From an uncultured bacterium (GTDB lineage: Bacteria > Oederibacteriota > PGYV01 > CAWJRG01), in NCBI GenBank assembly GCA_963845185.1, contig CAWJRG010000010.1:576001-640000 (forward strand): a DNA stretch of 64,000 nucleotides. Direction: 5' to 3'. A program made the translations under genes and the position numbers. Positions 29,358-38,845 of the stretch are shown here, piece by piece. The first letter of the stretch is position 1; every line of letters starts with the position of its first letter. Under the pieces are notes generated by a model. The model had not been told where the DNA came from and made no database searches. It saw nothing but the letters and a program-made list of their open reading frames with translations.

Positions 29358-30590
29358 TTATTCATGTTCATGGTGGTGGTGATGATGCCCTGCATGGGGC
29401 GGATCATCACTCAAAAATTTGTCCTTTTCACGCCAGAAAGGCGATAAATTCCGTAATTTTTCCACAACAGGCGGGAGCACTTCAAGCACTTTGTTTATAT
29501 CCTCTTCTTTGCTGAATTTCCCCAGGCTGAAGCGTATGCTGCCGTGCGCTATTTCATGCGGCAGGCCGAGGGCTAAAAGCACGTGCGATGGATCCAGTGA
29601 CCCTGAAGTGCATGCAGAACCCGACGATGCACATATTCCTTCAAAATCCATATGTATCAGCATTCCCTCGCCTTCTATATATTTTACCGATACGTTCAAA
29701 GTATTATCCACTCTTTTTTCCGGATGACCATTAAGGATAACCTCCGGGATTTTATCCAGTATCTCTTTTTCCAGCCTGTCCCTTAATTGTTTAATTTCTA
29801 AATTATGTCCTTTTTTTAAATCGTTTACCGCAAGTTCGCACGCCTTACCGAGTCCTATGATTCCCGGGACATTCTCCGTGCCAGCCCTGCGATTATTTTC
29901 GTGGTGTCCGCCTATTAAAAGCGGGTTAATCCTGACACCTCTGCGTATGTAAAGAGCGCCCACTCCCTTCGGTCCGTAAATTTTATGGCCGGATATTGAA
30001 AGCATATCTGCGTTTAATTTTTTAACATCTATTTGCAATTTTCCTGCCGCCTGCACGGCGTCAGTATGAAAATATATTTTATTTTCCCTCGCCACTTTGC
30101 CTATTTCTTCTATCGGTTCGATGGTCCCAATCTCGTTATTTACATACATGACTGTTATAAGAATGGTATCCTTCCTTATTGCCTTTTTCAAATCTTCTAT
30201 TGCTATAATGCCGTATTTATCCACAGGCAGATAAGTAAGTTCATATCCCTGTTTTTCAAGATAACCACACATGTTTAAAACAGCGTGATGCTCTATTTTT
30301 GAGGTTATTATATGCCGGCCTTTTTCTTTTAAGGCTGTTGCTGTGCCCATTATCGCTGTATTGTCGGACTCTGTACCGCCCCCTGTAAAAACTATCTCTG
30401 CAGGATCAGCTCCTAAAAAATCAGCTACCTGTTTTCTTGCGTTTTCTATATCGAGCCTTATTTCTTGGGCAAATGTATAAACTCCGGAAGGATTTGCATA
30501 CCTATCTTTAAGGTACGGCTCCATTGCCGCGAAAACTTCCGGGTCTACCTGAGTAGTTGCATTATTATCTAGATAATAAATTTTTCCCAT
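29358..30590 (-). CDS. iscS: Cysteine desulfurase IscS/NifS with His-rich tail
   Basis: YLDNNATT, HTDAVQ, SGHKIYGPKG, SSGSACTS. Confidence 0.95.
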   Translation of the reverse strand: MGKIYYLDNNATTQVDPEVFAAMEPYLKDRYANPSGVYTFAQEIRLDIENARKQVADFLGADPAEIVFTGGGTESDNTAIMGTATALKEKGRHIITSKIEHHAVLNMCGYLEKQGYELTYLPVDKYGIIAIEDLKKAIRKDTILITVMYVNNEIGTIEPIEEIGKVARENKIYFHTDAVQAAGKLQIDVKKLNADMLSISGHKIYGPKGVGALYIRRGVRINPLLIGGHHENNRRAGTENVPGIIGLGKACELAVNDLKKGHNLEIKQLRDRLEKEILDKIPEVILNGHPEKRVDNTLNVSVKYIEGEGMLIHMDFEGICASSGSACTSGSLDPSHVLLALGLPHEIAHGSIRFSLGKFSKEEDINKVLEVLPPVVEKLRNLSPFWREKDKFLSDDPPHAGHHHHHHEHE

Positions 30591-30641
30591 ATAAATCACC
30601 TCTATTTATCCGTCCCATAGCGGGACGTGCCTTAAAAATTG

Positions 30642-31079
30642 CTAAGCTTTTGCTTTTCCCTTTAAAGGACCTACTTTCATTATATTTGTTAGCGTTACTT
30701 TGCTTAAATACCTGTTGTTGTTCTCGTGAAGGTTCATCCAGATCTTTCTTATGCTGCAGTGGCTTGAGTTCTTGCACATCTTTATGTCGGTTACGCAACG
30801 CGAAGGCGTCTTTTTTGTTTCAACCGCTGTCAGAATATCAAGGACCTTTATCTTTCCGGGGCTTTTTACAAGCTTAAACCCGCCGTACTCTCCCATGCTG
30901 CTTTTCACAAGGCCTGCTTTCCTCAGGTTAACGAATATATTTTCAAGGTATCTGTGCGAAATTCCTTCTTTCGCACAAATTTCCTTTATTGTAACTGCCT
31001 TTTTTTTGTCCCTTTTTTGCGCCAACGCCATAAAGGCGAGGCCCCTTAAGGCATAATCGCCCTTCGTGGAAATATTCAA
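30642..31079 (-). CDS. Rrf2-family regulator (IscR-like position)
   Basis: ISTKGDYALR, YLENIF, GGF, C-x6-C-x5-C; heads the iscS operon; TTG start. Confidence 0.9.
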   Translation of the reverse strand: MNISTKGDYALRGLAFMALAQKRDKKKAVTIKEICAKEGISHRYLENIFVNLRKAGLVKSSMGEYGGFKLVKSPGKIKVLDILTAVETKKTPSRCVTDIKMCKNSSHCSIRKIWMNLHENNNRYLSKVTLTNIMKVGPLKGKAKA

Positions 31080-31107
31080 ACCTACACCTCGTTTAAGAAT
31101 CTTTGTA

Positions 31108-31154
31108 TATCACCTATCTAGTGATAAAGTAAGCGATTTTTCCGCAACTGTCAA
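31108..31154 (-). promoter_or_regulatory. Promoter with overlapping palindromic operator
   Basis: TTGACA-17bp-TACTTT; TATCAC-N7-GTGATA at 31108-31126 over the likely +1. Confidence 0.65.
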
Positions 31155-31226
31155 TAAATATAATTTGTGATTTTATGTCCGTTTTTCCACTTTTATTTTT
31201 GTTTAATTATATGATATTTTTTCAGG

Positions 31227-31889
31227 CTAAACTTTAAATGTTTTCATTTTAAACGGCTTTCCGTGTCCCTGAAACACATTCCGTATATTCAGGCCCTTCA
31301 GCCTTTTAACACTTTCAGCCAATTCTTTTTCATCCGATATTATTATTGCCCAGCCATGATTGTTTATTGTATCGCCTGCAAAAAAATCATTCTCGTTTGT
31401 TAATATTCCTATCGATCCTTTTGTATGTCCCGGTATATGCAGCACCTTTGCGTCAAAACCGAATTTTTTCAGGTTCTGACCTTCTTCCAGGTAAATATCC
31501 GGTTTAAACTTTTCAAAACTATTGAGAGTTTTCTTGAATCTTTTTGAACGGCCCATGAATACGTGCATAAGCCTCATAAAAAAAGACTTCACTTTCCTTT
31601 TCGCAGCCATATCGCCGTTTTCAACCATAAAAGAATCATTTTTATGCATGGCGACTTTTGCTTTATATTTATCCCGAAGATAAACGCAATTTCCCGTATG
31701 GTCTATGTCCCCATGTGTTGCTACTATAAGCTTTAGGCTTCCGGGCAGGCACCCGGCTTGTTCAAGTTCTTTTTCAACGGCTTTGCGCGAAAATGGCATG
31801 CCCGTATCAATAAGAATAAAACCGGAATCAGTTCTTACTAGATAACAATTTACAAAACCCAAATTGATAGTTTTAATTTCACAAGTCAT
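31227..31889 (-). CDS. MBL-fold metallo-hydrolase
   Basis: LIDTG, THGDIDH, PGHTKG, GD, GHG. Confidence 0.9.
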   Translation of the reverse strand: MTCEIKTINLGFVNCYLVRTDSGFILIDTGMPFSRKAVEKELEQAGCLPGSLKLIVATHGDIDHTGNCVYLRDKYKAKVAMHKNDSFMVENGDMAAKRKVKSFFMRLMHVFMGRSKRFKKTLNSFEKFKPDIYLEEGQNLKKFGFDAKVLHIPGHTKGSIGILTNENDFFAGDTINNHGWAIIISDEKELAESVKRLKGLNIRNVFQGHGKPFKMKTFKV

Positions 31890-31991
31890 TTTTAGCTCCT
31901 CCATATAAATTAAAGTTATCTGAGTTATTTAACAATAAAAATGATTTTTATAGTCAATTTTTATTTTCCCTTTGTGCTTGGAGGCTGAAAT

Positions 31992-33128
31992 CTAATTTTC
32001 CCCTAAAACTCCATTAATAATCCTGCTTATTTCTTTTACCTGATTTTCAAGCGTAAATTTTTCTCTTACTGTTTTAACCGCATTTTTCTTTATTTTTAAA
32101 AGCTTGTTTCTTTTCGTATACACTTCTAGTATTTTTTCTGCAAGCGATGATTCATTTATATTGTCAGCCAGGAATCCGTTATAATTGTTTTTTATTATTT
32201 CTTTTGTCCCGCCTGCATTAAATGCGATTACAGGAAGCCCCTGCGCCATTGCCTCTATTGTCACCAGCCCGAAAGGCTCCGCTGGCGACGGTAGAATAAA
32301 AGCATCGAAAGCCGGAAGATACGCCTGCTTGTCCTGGTATCCTGTAAAAACAAGCGTGTCGGAAAGCCCAAGGTATTCTGCCAATTTTTTCAGCTCATGT
32401 TCTGTTTTTACGTCGTTGTCCTCCCCTTTGCCTATTATCAAAAATTTAATATCCTTATTCTTTTCCTTTATGAGCGCGGCTGCTTTTATCAGAATATCAA
32501 AGCCCTTGTTGCTGCGCAAAAAACCAACGCTTCCGGCCATAAAATTATCTTTGAATCCGTATTTTTTTCTTATTTTTTGTATTTGGCTACGCCCTTTAAA
32601 GTCCTTTATTTCAATGCCATTATGCACTGTTATTAATTTGTTCTCGTCCACACCCAAGGCGGCAAGCGAGTCACGGACCGCTTTAGATACACATATTATT
32701 TTCCGCACCATTTTTGAAAAATGCCTTATCTGCCTTGCCATATAAGAATTATGTGTCTTGTCTATTATGATATGCTTGTGCCATATAAGCGGTATTTTTA
32801 AAAAATTCGCCGTATCTGCCGAAAGCTTTACCGAAAAAAAATTATTTGCATATATAAGGTCCGGCTTCTCTTCCTTTAAAAAAGCCAGCAATTTTTTTTG
32901 AAATAAAAACATTGGTATAAAATGCCTGAATTTAACTGTTTTCGGTGAAGGTATGTGGAAATATCTTATTTTTAATTTTGTCAGTTCTTTTTCTATATCT
33001 CCCTTTTTAAAAACAAGCACTGAAATGTCGTATTTACACTTCAGCTTGTCAATAAGCCTTAAAAGCACTGCCTGACCGCCGCCTATAAAAGGAAAATACT
33101 CTAAAAAAAGTATCTTTTTACCAATCAT
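31992..33128 (-). CDS. GT4-family glycosyltransferase
   Basis: GGGQ, HNGI, KG, EPFGLVTIEAMA. Confidence 0.9.
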   Translation of the reverse strand: MIGKKILFLEYFPFIGGGQAVLLRLIDKLKCKYDISVLVFKKGDIEKELTKLKIRYFHIPSPKTVKFRHFIPMFLFQKKLLAFLKEEKPDLIYANNFFSVKLSADTANFLKIPLIWHKHIIIDKTHNSYMARQIRHFSKMVRKIICVSKAVRDSLAALGVDENKLITVHNGIEIKDFKGRSQIQKIRKKYGFKDNFMAGSVGFLRSNKGFDILIKAAALIKEKNKDIKFLIIGKGEDNDVKTEHELKKLAEYLGLSDTLVFTGYQDKQAYLPAFDAFILPSPAEPFGLVTIEAMAQGLPVIAFNAGGTKEIIKNNYNGFLADNINESSLAEKILEVYTKRNKLLKIKKNAVKTVREKFTLENQVKEISRIINGVLGEN

Positions 33129-34137
33129 CGTTTAACCTATAACTATTTATCTGCCCGTCTTTTTGCTCTTGAATCTGGTCGCCCTGCACGCCGCCTTTAA
33201 TGTCTGAAGGAAAAACAAAGTCAAGTGTTATACCGAGCCTGTTGTTAATGCTGTCCGGTAATATGGGATCAATGGTAAACGCGTAGTCAGCTTTTATATC
33301 GAATACTTTTGACGCGACAAAGCATACTCCCGCGCCTGCTGTAAGGCCGTTGTCATAGCCTAAACGGATACAAAACGCATCTATCCTTGCCTCAACTCCA
33401 GCATTAAACCTCGCAGGCCCGAAAGTATTGTATAGAATATCGCCGTCGGCTGTTAGTTCTGTTTTATCTATATTAAACAGGTTTTTAAAACTATACGATA
33501 TCCCTGTTGCGATTGTAGCGGGTATTGACTCATTAGCTGAACTGCCTGCCCAGCTTATGTCTGACCCGATATTTTCAAATGAAGCGCCCACCCTTAATCC
33601 GGGCATAAGTTCAAGAAGCAACCCAATATCAAAACAAAAGCCGTTTGAGCTCGCCTGGCTTATGTTGTGCATCAGGTATTTTGCGTTTACCCCCAGGCTT
33701 AAACTTTTTGAAATCCGTAGGGCTGCCGAGCCTGTAAATATATTCGTCGTATCCGAAAAAGTGCTGTCCGGGTTTGGGGAATTTGTCGCCCTCGCCTCAA
33801 TATTACTTCCGGCTGAATAATTAATCCATGAAATGCCGTAGGAATAAGTATTTTGGTCTATCAAAAAAGGCTTTGCCAGTGATAAATAATTCATATTTCT
33901 TCCAAATGTCAAAAAATATGTTTCCGCCATGAATTGCAGGCTTGAAAGCTGCGTTAATCCAGCCGGGTTATAAAAAGCAGCTGAACAATCGTCTGCAATT
34001 GCGGTAAAAGCTGATCCCATGCCTGTCGCGCGCGGCGATGAGCCTAGCATCAAAAATGCGTCAGGCTGCCCGCCGTAACCGGCAAACGCCCTGCAGGCTG
34101 TCAGGAATAGGACTGTGATTATTACCGCTTTTTTCAC
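33118..34137 (-). CDS. PorV/UPF0164-like outer-membrane beta-barrel
   Basis: Signal peptide; FL.LG.SPRA.GMG.AF.A.ADD..A.FYNPAGL; alternating beta strands; GTG start. Confidence 0.75.
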   Translation of the reverse strand: MKKAVIITVLFLTACRAFAGYGGQPDAFLMLGSSPRATGMGSAFTAIADDCSAAFYNPAGLTQLSSLQFMAETYFLTFGRNMNYLSLAKPFLIDQNTYSYGISWINYSAGSNIEARATNSPNPDSTFSDTTNIFTGSAALRISKSLSLGVNAKYLMHNISQASSNGFCFDIGLLLELMPGLRVGASFENIGSDISWAGSSANESIPATIATGISYSFKNLFNIDKTELTADGDILYNTFGPARFNAGVEARIDAFCIRLGYDNGLTAGAGVCFVASKVFDIKADYAFTIDPILPDSINNRLGITLDFVFPSDIKGGVQGDQIQEQKDGQINSYRLNDDW

Positions 34138-34209
34138 CGCAATAGGCTCCTTTTTAATGTTGTAAATTTTAATTCCCGTTTCCGGTTTAAAAATTTCTAA
34201 ATCAACATG

Positions 34210-35874
34210 TCAATACAATACCGCTATTTTATTTTTTCCATAGGTATTTTGTGATTTTACGAGGTAAAAATACGTGCCATTGGCCACTTGTTTACCGCTC
34301 GAGTTCGTGCCGTTCCAGTGAACAAAATTATACCCCATCGCTACGTTGCTGCTTTGCAGGTCCTGTGACCAGACAAGGTTTCCTCCACCGTCGTAAATTT
34401 CTATTTTTACATTGGCAGGAGCCTGCATAATAAAAGTTATGTTTGTAAATCCATTCTTAGTCGGGGAAAATGGGTTTGGCCAGTTGTATGTTGTTATACC
34501 GCTGGTTGAACTTGGAGTATTTAAGTTTCCTGAAAGTGCTCTGTAAACATTTATCCTGCCCCAGCCTGTGCGGTTATCGTATCCGGCCGTGTAAACATCG
34601 TCCGCGCTTTGTTCTATTATGTTTATTATCTGGTCGGGCGTTTTATCATCGTATTTTAAAAGCAAAAGAGCGGCAAGCCCTGAAACAAATGGTGTAGAAA
34701 AGGAAGTCCCATCCATCTCAATTCCGTCGCAAGAAAAGTTAATTTCGCTATAACTACCGTCGTAAGAACCGTTGGTATTGCAGCTCATAATAGAAACCCC
34801 TGGCGCCGCCACATCAATTTTGCCGTAATTTGACCATGGAGCCGGTTGATCATTCTGGTCAGTTGCCGCAACTGCTATTACGTTTGGATAAGCTGCAGGA
34901 TATGAAGTATTTATAGGGTTGTTATTTTCGTCGCCATTCCCTGCCGCCGCTACATTTATACAGCCTTGATTATAAGCGTAATTTATGGCATTCTGCAGCG
35001 CGTCGCTGCCCTGAGGTTCTCCAAAGCTGCAATTGAGAACCTTCGCGCCGTTATTGACTGCCCAGTAAATTCCTGAAATTATATCGCTTTCTTCTCCGTT
35101 TCCGTCAAAATACAGGACTTTAACAGGCATAACAAGTATTTTTGCTGCCCATGTGGAGTTCAAATAAGCCGTGCCTGCAATACCGGTTCCGTTATTTGTA
35201 TTTGCCGCTATTATGCCGGCAACATGCGTGCCGTGTCCGTAAATCGGCTCGCTTGAATCAATATTATCGTCATTCGTCGAAGCTGAAGGAGTTACCATAT
35301 TTGCACCATTTGTTATTCTTCCTAACATGTCCGGATGTGAGGACAGTAACCCTGTGTCAAGCACGGCAACTATTATGGTTTTATTTTTATTCGGGTCAAT
35401 CAGTCCTGCGTTGAAAGCAGTATCAGCCTGTATCTGCGAAAAACCCCATTGGCATCCTTGCTGATAAAAAGTATCGTTCGGTCCTGCCTGTGGCGTATAT
35501 AGTGCATATACGAAATGGTCCGGCTGTGCGAATAAAACTATATTTTCAGAGTTGATATCTTTTACAATATTTTCAAGGTTGTTTTTGTCCGCAGCCTGAA
35601 GCTGATAGACCGAAAAAGGCAAATTTGTAAGATATTTCTTTGCCCTTGTCAGGTGATGGATATTTTCAATCAAGGTTATCATGTCTTGTTTGTCCCGCAG
35701 GTCAACATTGTGCTTATTTTTAAAAAGGTTAATGTCGTTGCTCGTGATATTGTCTTTGTACTGTACGATAATTTTATCGCCGTACCGCGGTAATTTTGCC
35801 ATGCTGCGGTGTGCGGCAGCAATGAACGAATATGTAAAGGTGAAAATTAAACTTATTAAAATTATTTTTTTCAT
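34210..35874 (-). CDS. Secreted S8 subtilase with C-terminal FlgD-Ig/T9SS-CTD-like domain
   Basis: Catalytic triad VLDTG / HGTHVAG / GTSFSTP; C-terminal NWPNPF...IYD..G...WNG......NGTYFY...KIAVLY. Confidence 0.9.
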   Translation of the reverse strand: MKKIILISLIFTFTYSFIAAAHRSMAKLPRYGDKIIVQYKDNITSNDINLFKNKHNVDLRDKQDMITLIENIHHLTRAKKYLTNLPFSVYQLQAADKNNLENIVKDINSENIVLFAQPDHFVYALYTPQAGPNDTFYQQGCQWGFSQIQADTAFNAGLIDPNKNKTIIVAVLDTGLLSSHPDMLGRITNGANMVTPSASTNDDNIDSSEPIYGHGTHVAGIIAANTNNGTGIAGTAYLNSTWAAKILVMPVKVLYFDGNGEESDIISGIYWAVNNGAKVLNCSFGEPQGSDALQNAINYAYNQGCINVAAAGNGDENNNPINTSYPAAYPNVIAVAATDQNDQPAPWSNYGKIDVAAPGVSIMSCNTNGSYDGSYSEINFSCDGIEMDGTSFSTPFVSGLAALLLLKYDDKTPDQIINIIEQSADDVYTAGYDNRTGWGRINVYRALSGNLNTPSSTSGITTYNWPNPFSPTKNGFTNITFIMQAPANVKIEIYDGGGNLVWSQDLQSSNVAMGYNFVHWNGTNSSGKQVANGTYFYLVKSQNTYGKNKIAVLY

Positions 35875-35932
35875 TAGGCCATCCTTTGGTTTTCTATGCT
35901 GCTTTCCCGGAACACTGCCCCCCTGTTATCTG

Positions 35933-36586
35933 TCACGCTTTTTTATGCATTTGTTTTTCAATGCAGTCCATTATTTCCCCTGCAAGTTCTACTTTTGTGC
36001 CTTTGCCCTCAAAAATTATTCTTCCTTTTTTATTTAGAACCGTAATTTCATTTGTATCAGTCCCAAAACCAGAATCCGGTTTTGACACATCGTTAAAAAC
36101 TGTCAAGTCAAGATTTTTTTCTTTTGCTTTATCCCTGGCTTTTCCAACTTCCCGGCCGTAACCCGCGGAAAAACCCACAAGGATCCTTTTGCCTTTATGC
36201 CTTCCAACCTCGGCCAGTATGTCATGCGTCGGCTTTAACTCAAGCCTGATTGTCCCTTTTCTTTCTATTTTGCCTTTTACCTTTTCCACCGTGAAATCGC
36301 CCACCGCGGCCGCGCCTATTATCACGTCTGCTTTTTTATAATATTTTTTCACCAGGTTGAGCATATTTTCTGCCGACACTGCCTCGCAGACAACATCAGC
36401 CTCTGGAATAAAGCTGCTTTTCCCCGTAATAAAAATTACTTTTGCCCCTCTTGCCTGTGCCTCTTTTGCGAGAAAGTATCCGGTTTTGCCTGTGGCAGGA
36501 TTGGAAATGAACCTGACATCATCGATTGGCTCCCGGGTAGCGCCGGAAGTAATGAGCACGGTCTTATTTGTCAGTGTTTTTTTTTT
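35933..36586 (-). CDS. coaB: Phosphopantothenate-cysteine ligase (CoaB half)
   Basis: VLITSGATREPIDDVRFISN..TGKTG, AAVGDF, VGF; no convincing start of its own; in the -1 frame relative to coaC. Confidence 0.85.
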   Translation of the reverse strand, partial: KKKTLTNKTVLITSGATREPIDDVRFISNPATGKTGYFLAKEAQARGAKVIFITGKSSFIPEADVVCEAVSAENMLNLVKKYYKKADVIIGAAAVGDFTVEKVKGKIERKGTIRLELKPTHDILAEVGRHKGKRILVGFSAGYGREVGKARDKAKEKNLDLTVFNDVSKPDSGFGTDTNEITVLNKKGRIIFEGKGTKVELAGEIMDCIEKQMHKKA

Positions 36587-37119
36587 AAATAGCTTAAAGT
36601 CTTTCCTATTATTGCGTTCGTGTCCTCTATATGTCCGTTTCCGTATTCGCCGCATGCAAGCTCTCCCTTGCCTGGCCCGATGAATATATAACCTGTTTTT
36701 GTCAGTTTTTTCACGTTTTCCTGAACTATCGTATTATTCCACATGCTGGCATTCATAGCAGGCGCCATTAAAATCTTTTTTTCACTTGCCATTACCACGG
36801 TAGTAAGCAAATCGTCGGCAATTCCAGATGCTATCTTTCCTATTATATTGGCTGTTGCCGGCGCTATCAAAATAAGGTCATTATCCCTTGCGAGGTCTAT
36901 ATGCTGGACTTTTTCTCCGAAATTTTTCGATTCAAAAAACATGTCGTCATATACCGGCCTGCCTGATAGGGTTCGAAGCGTAAGTGGTGTAATAAACTCT
37001 TTTGCCTCGTTTGTTACGATGCACGTCACCCCCACGCCTTTTTTTTGAAAACCCCTGATTATGTCGCAAGCCTTATAAGCTGCTATGCTTCCGGTTACTC
37101 CGAGTATAATATTGGCCAA
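36571..37119 (-). CDS. coaC: Phosphopantothenoylcysteine decarboxylase (CoaC half)
   Basis: GVTGSIAAYK, HI.L, APATAN, PAMN, LACGEYG.G. Confidence 0.92.
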   Translation of the reverse strand: MANIILGVTGSIAAYKACDIIRGFQKKGVGVTCIVTNEAKEFITPLTLRTLSGRPVYDDMFFESKNFGEKVQHIDLARDNDLILIAPATANIIGKIASGIADDLLTTVVMASEKKILMAPAMNASMWNNTIVQENVKKLTKTGYIFIGPGKGELACGEYGNGHIEDTNAIIGKTLSYLKKKH

Positions 37120-37123
37120 TGTA

Positions 37124-37351
37124 TCAGTCTGCTTCGTTTATTATTTTTACATCAAAATCCGGGTATTTTACCCTGTCTTCCAGAAACTCTTTCATGGCAA
37201 TAAGGGTAGGTTTAAGTTTCCTGTCTTCGTCTTCGGTTTCTTCCGGATTTTCCCTTATGTATTTTGCCCTGCTCGATACCGCCAGCACGGCTGCGTATTT
37301 ATTCGGGATTTTTTTCTCTATGTCTTTTATAGTAAATTCCATTTTTTTCAT
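37124..37351 (-). CDS. rpoZ: RNA polymerase omega subunit
   Basis: NKY..V.....RA, KPT..A..E; located between gmk and coaBC. Confidence 0.82.
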   Translation of the reverse strand: MKKMEFTIKDIEKKIPNKYAAVLAVSSRAKYIRENPEETEDEDRKLKPTLIAMKEFLEDRVKYPDFDVKIINEAD

Positions 37352-37373
37352 TTGCCTTACCTCCAAGTCTAAA

Positions 37374-37934
37374 TTATTTTTGACGCGCTACTATTTCTTC
37401 AAGGCGCATGATACTCTTCTTTAAATCTCGGTTTACAATAATATAATCATATTTTGTTGTTTCTTTCAATTCTTTTTTCGCCAGTGCCAGCCGCCTTCTT
37501 ATTTCCGGCATTTTGTCCGTTTTTCTTTTCAAAAGCCTTTTTCTAAGTTCCGGCAGCGACGGAGGCTTTATAAAAATTGTCACGCAGCTTTTTATCTTTT
37601 TCCTCATGCTGGCCGCGCCCTGGACATCTATATCCATTATGACATTTTTTTCCTTTTTTGTATTGCCAAAAACTGCTGAACGCAAAGTCCCGTAAAAATT
37701 ACCCACCACATTCGCATATTCAAGAAATTTTCTTTCCTTTATGAATTTCTTGAACTTTTTACAGGTAAAAAAATGATAATCCCTGCCGTCAACCTCGCCT
37801 TTCCTTTTTTTGCGGGTGGTGACTGAAACAGACAGGACAAAATCCTTTTTATGTCTTTTCAAAAATTCCTTTATTATTGTTGTTTTACCCGTGCCTGAAG
37901 GCGCGGATATGACAAATACAACGCCCTGTTTCAT
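37374..37934 (-). CDS. gmk: Guanylate kinase
   Basis: APSGTGKTT, TTR..R.GE.DG.DY.F, DIDVQGA. Confidence 0.96.
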   Translation of the reverse strand: MKQGVVFVISAPSGTGKTTIIKEFLKRHKKDFVLSVSVTTRKKRKGEVDGRDYHFFTCKKFKKFIKERKFLEYANVVGNFYGTLRSAVFGNTKKEKNVIMDIDVQGAASMRKKIKSCVTIFIKPPSLPELRKRLLKRKTDKMPEIRRRLALAKKELKETTKYDYIIVNRDLKKSIMRLEEIVARQK

Positions 37935-37956
37935 TTCGGCTTTTTGCTCCTTTGTT

Positions 37957-38832
37957 TCATTCCATGTTTTGCGATTGTTCCCTGATTTTATCGATATTTT
38001 CTTTTATTGCTATGGCGCTGTGCACAATATCGCAACTGCCGATTTTGCTCGTTATGGTATTGGCTTCCCTGTGCATTTCCTGCGCAATAAAATCAAGTTT
38101 TTTCCCGATTAATTTTTCGCTTTTAAGCATACTGAATGCCTGCTTTAAATGTGATTGCAGCCTGACTATTTCTTCGGTTATATCGTATTTGTCGAGTACC
38201 TCAACTATATCAGCACGCAAAAAATTCTGGTTTTCCTGCGCGGATTCATGTCCTGCAAAGACTGTCTTAATCCTTTCCCTTGCCTTTTCCATATATTGGT
38301 CCTTAAACTTTTCGTACATTTCTTTTATTTTAAGTGCTTGTTTTTCTATTAGGACGAGCTTTTTCCCAGTATCAGCCGCAATGTCCTTGCCTTCCTTTTC
38401 TTTCATTTTATTAAAACTCAGCAGTGCTTTCGCAAAATTCTTTTTCACCCTTGCCCAGTCGAATATTTCCCTGTCAACCGCGTCTTCGAGCGTTATTATG
38501 CCGTCAACGTTGGAAAATATTATATTTAAAGGTATGTCCTTTTTATATTTCACCGACCCGAGAAGTTTTTTCAGGGAATCATAGGTGCTTTTAAAAAGTT
38601 TTTTATTTAAGACAACTTTTTTCTCAAGTTTTGCCTTGTTAAGGTTGACATACACATCCACTTTTCCCCTGGTTATATTGTCGTTCAAATATTTATAAAT
38701 TAGCGGCTCGATAGCAAAAAATTCTTGGGGCATATGCAGAAAAATTTCCTTATACTTTGAGTTCAGTCCTTTTATTGTTATGGTGTATTTCAGGGTCTTG
38801 CAAGATCCCCATCCGGTCATGCTTAAAGGCAT
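37957..38832 (-). CDS. yicC: YicC/YloC-family endoribonuclease
   Basis: SMTG.G, DITEEIVRL.SH, GKKLDF..QE..RE.NT..SK, REQ.QN.E. Confidence 0.92.
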   Translation of the reverse strand: MPLSMTGWGSCKTLKYTITIKGLNSKYKEIFLHMPQEFFAIEPLIYKYLNDNITRGKVDVYVNLNKAKLEKKVVLNKKLFKSTYDSLKKLLGSVKYKKDIPLNIIFSNVDGIITLEDAVDREIFDWARVKKNFAKALLSFNKMKEKEGKDIAADTGKKLVLIEKQALKIKEMYEKFKDQYMEKARERIKTVFAGHESAQENQNFLRADIVEVLDKYDITEEIVRLQSHLKQAFSMLKSEKLIGKKLDFIAQEMHREANTITSKIGSCDIVHSAIAIKENIDKIREQSQNME

Positions 38833-38845
38833 TAATCTTCCTCCT

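Noticed and set aside
36587..36655. Predicted CoaB N-terminus MRRIRKRTYRGH...
   Set aside because: Alternative frame of the coaC 3' end; no CoaB-like sequence.
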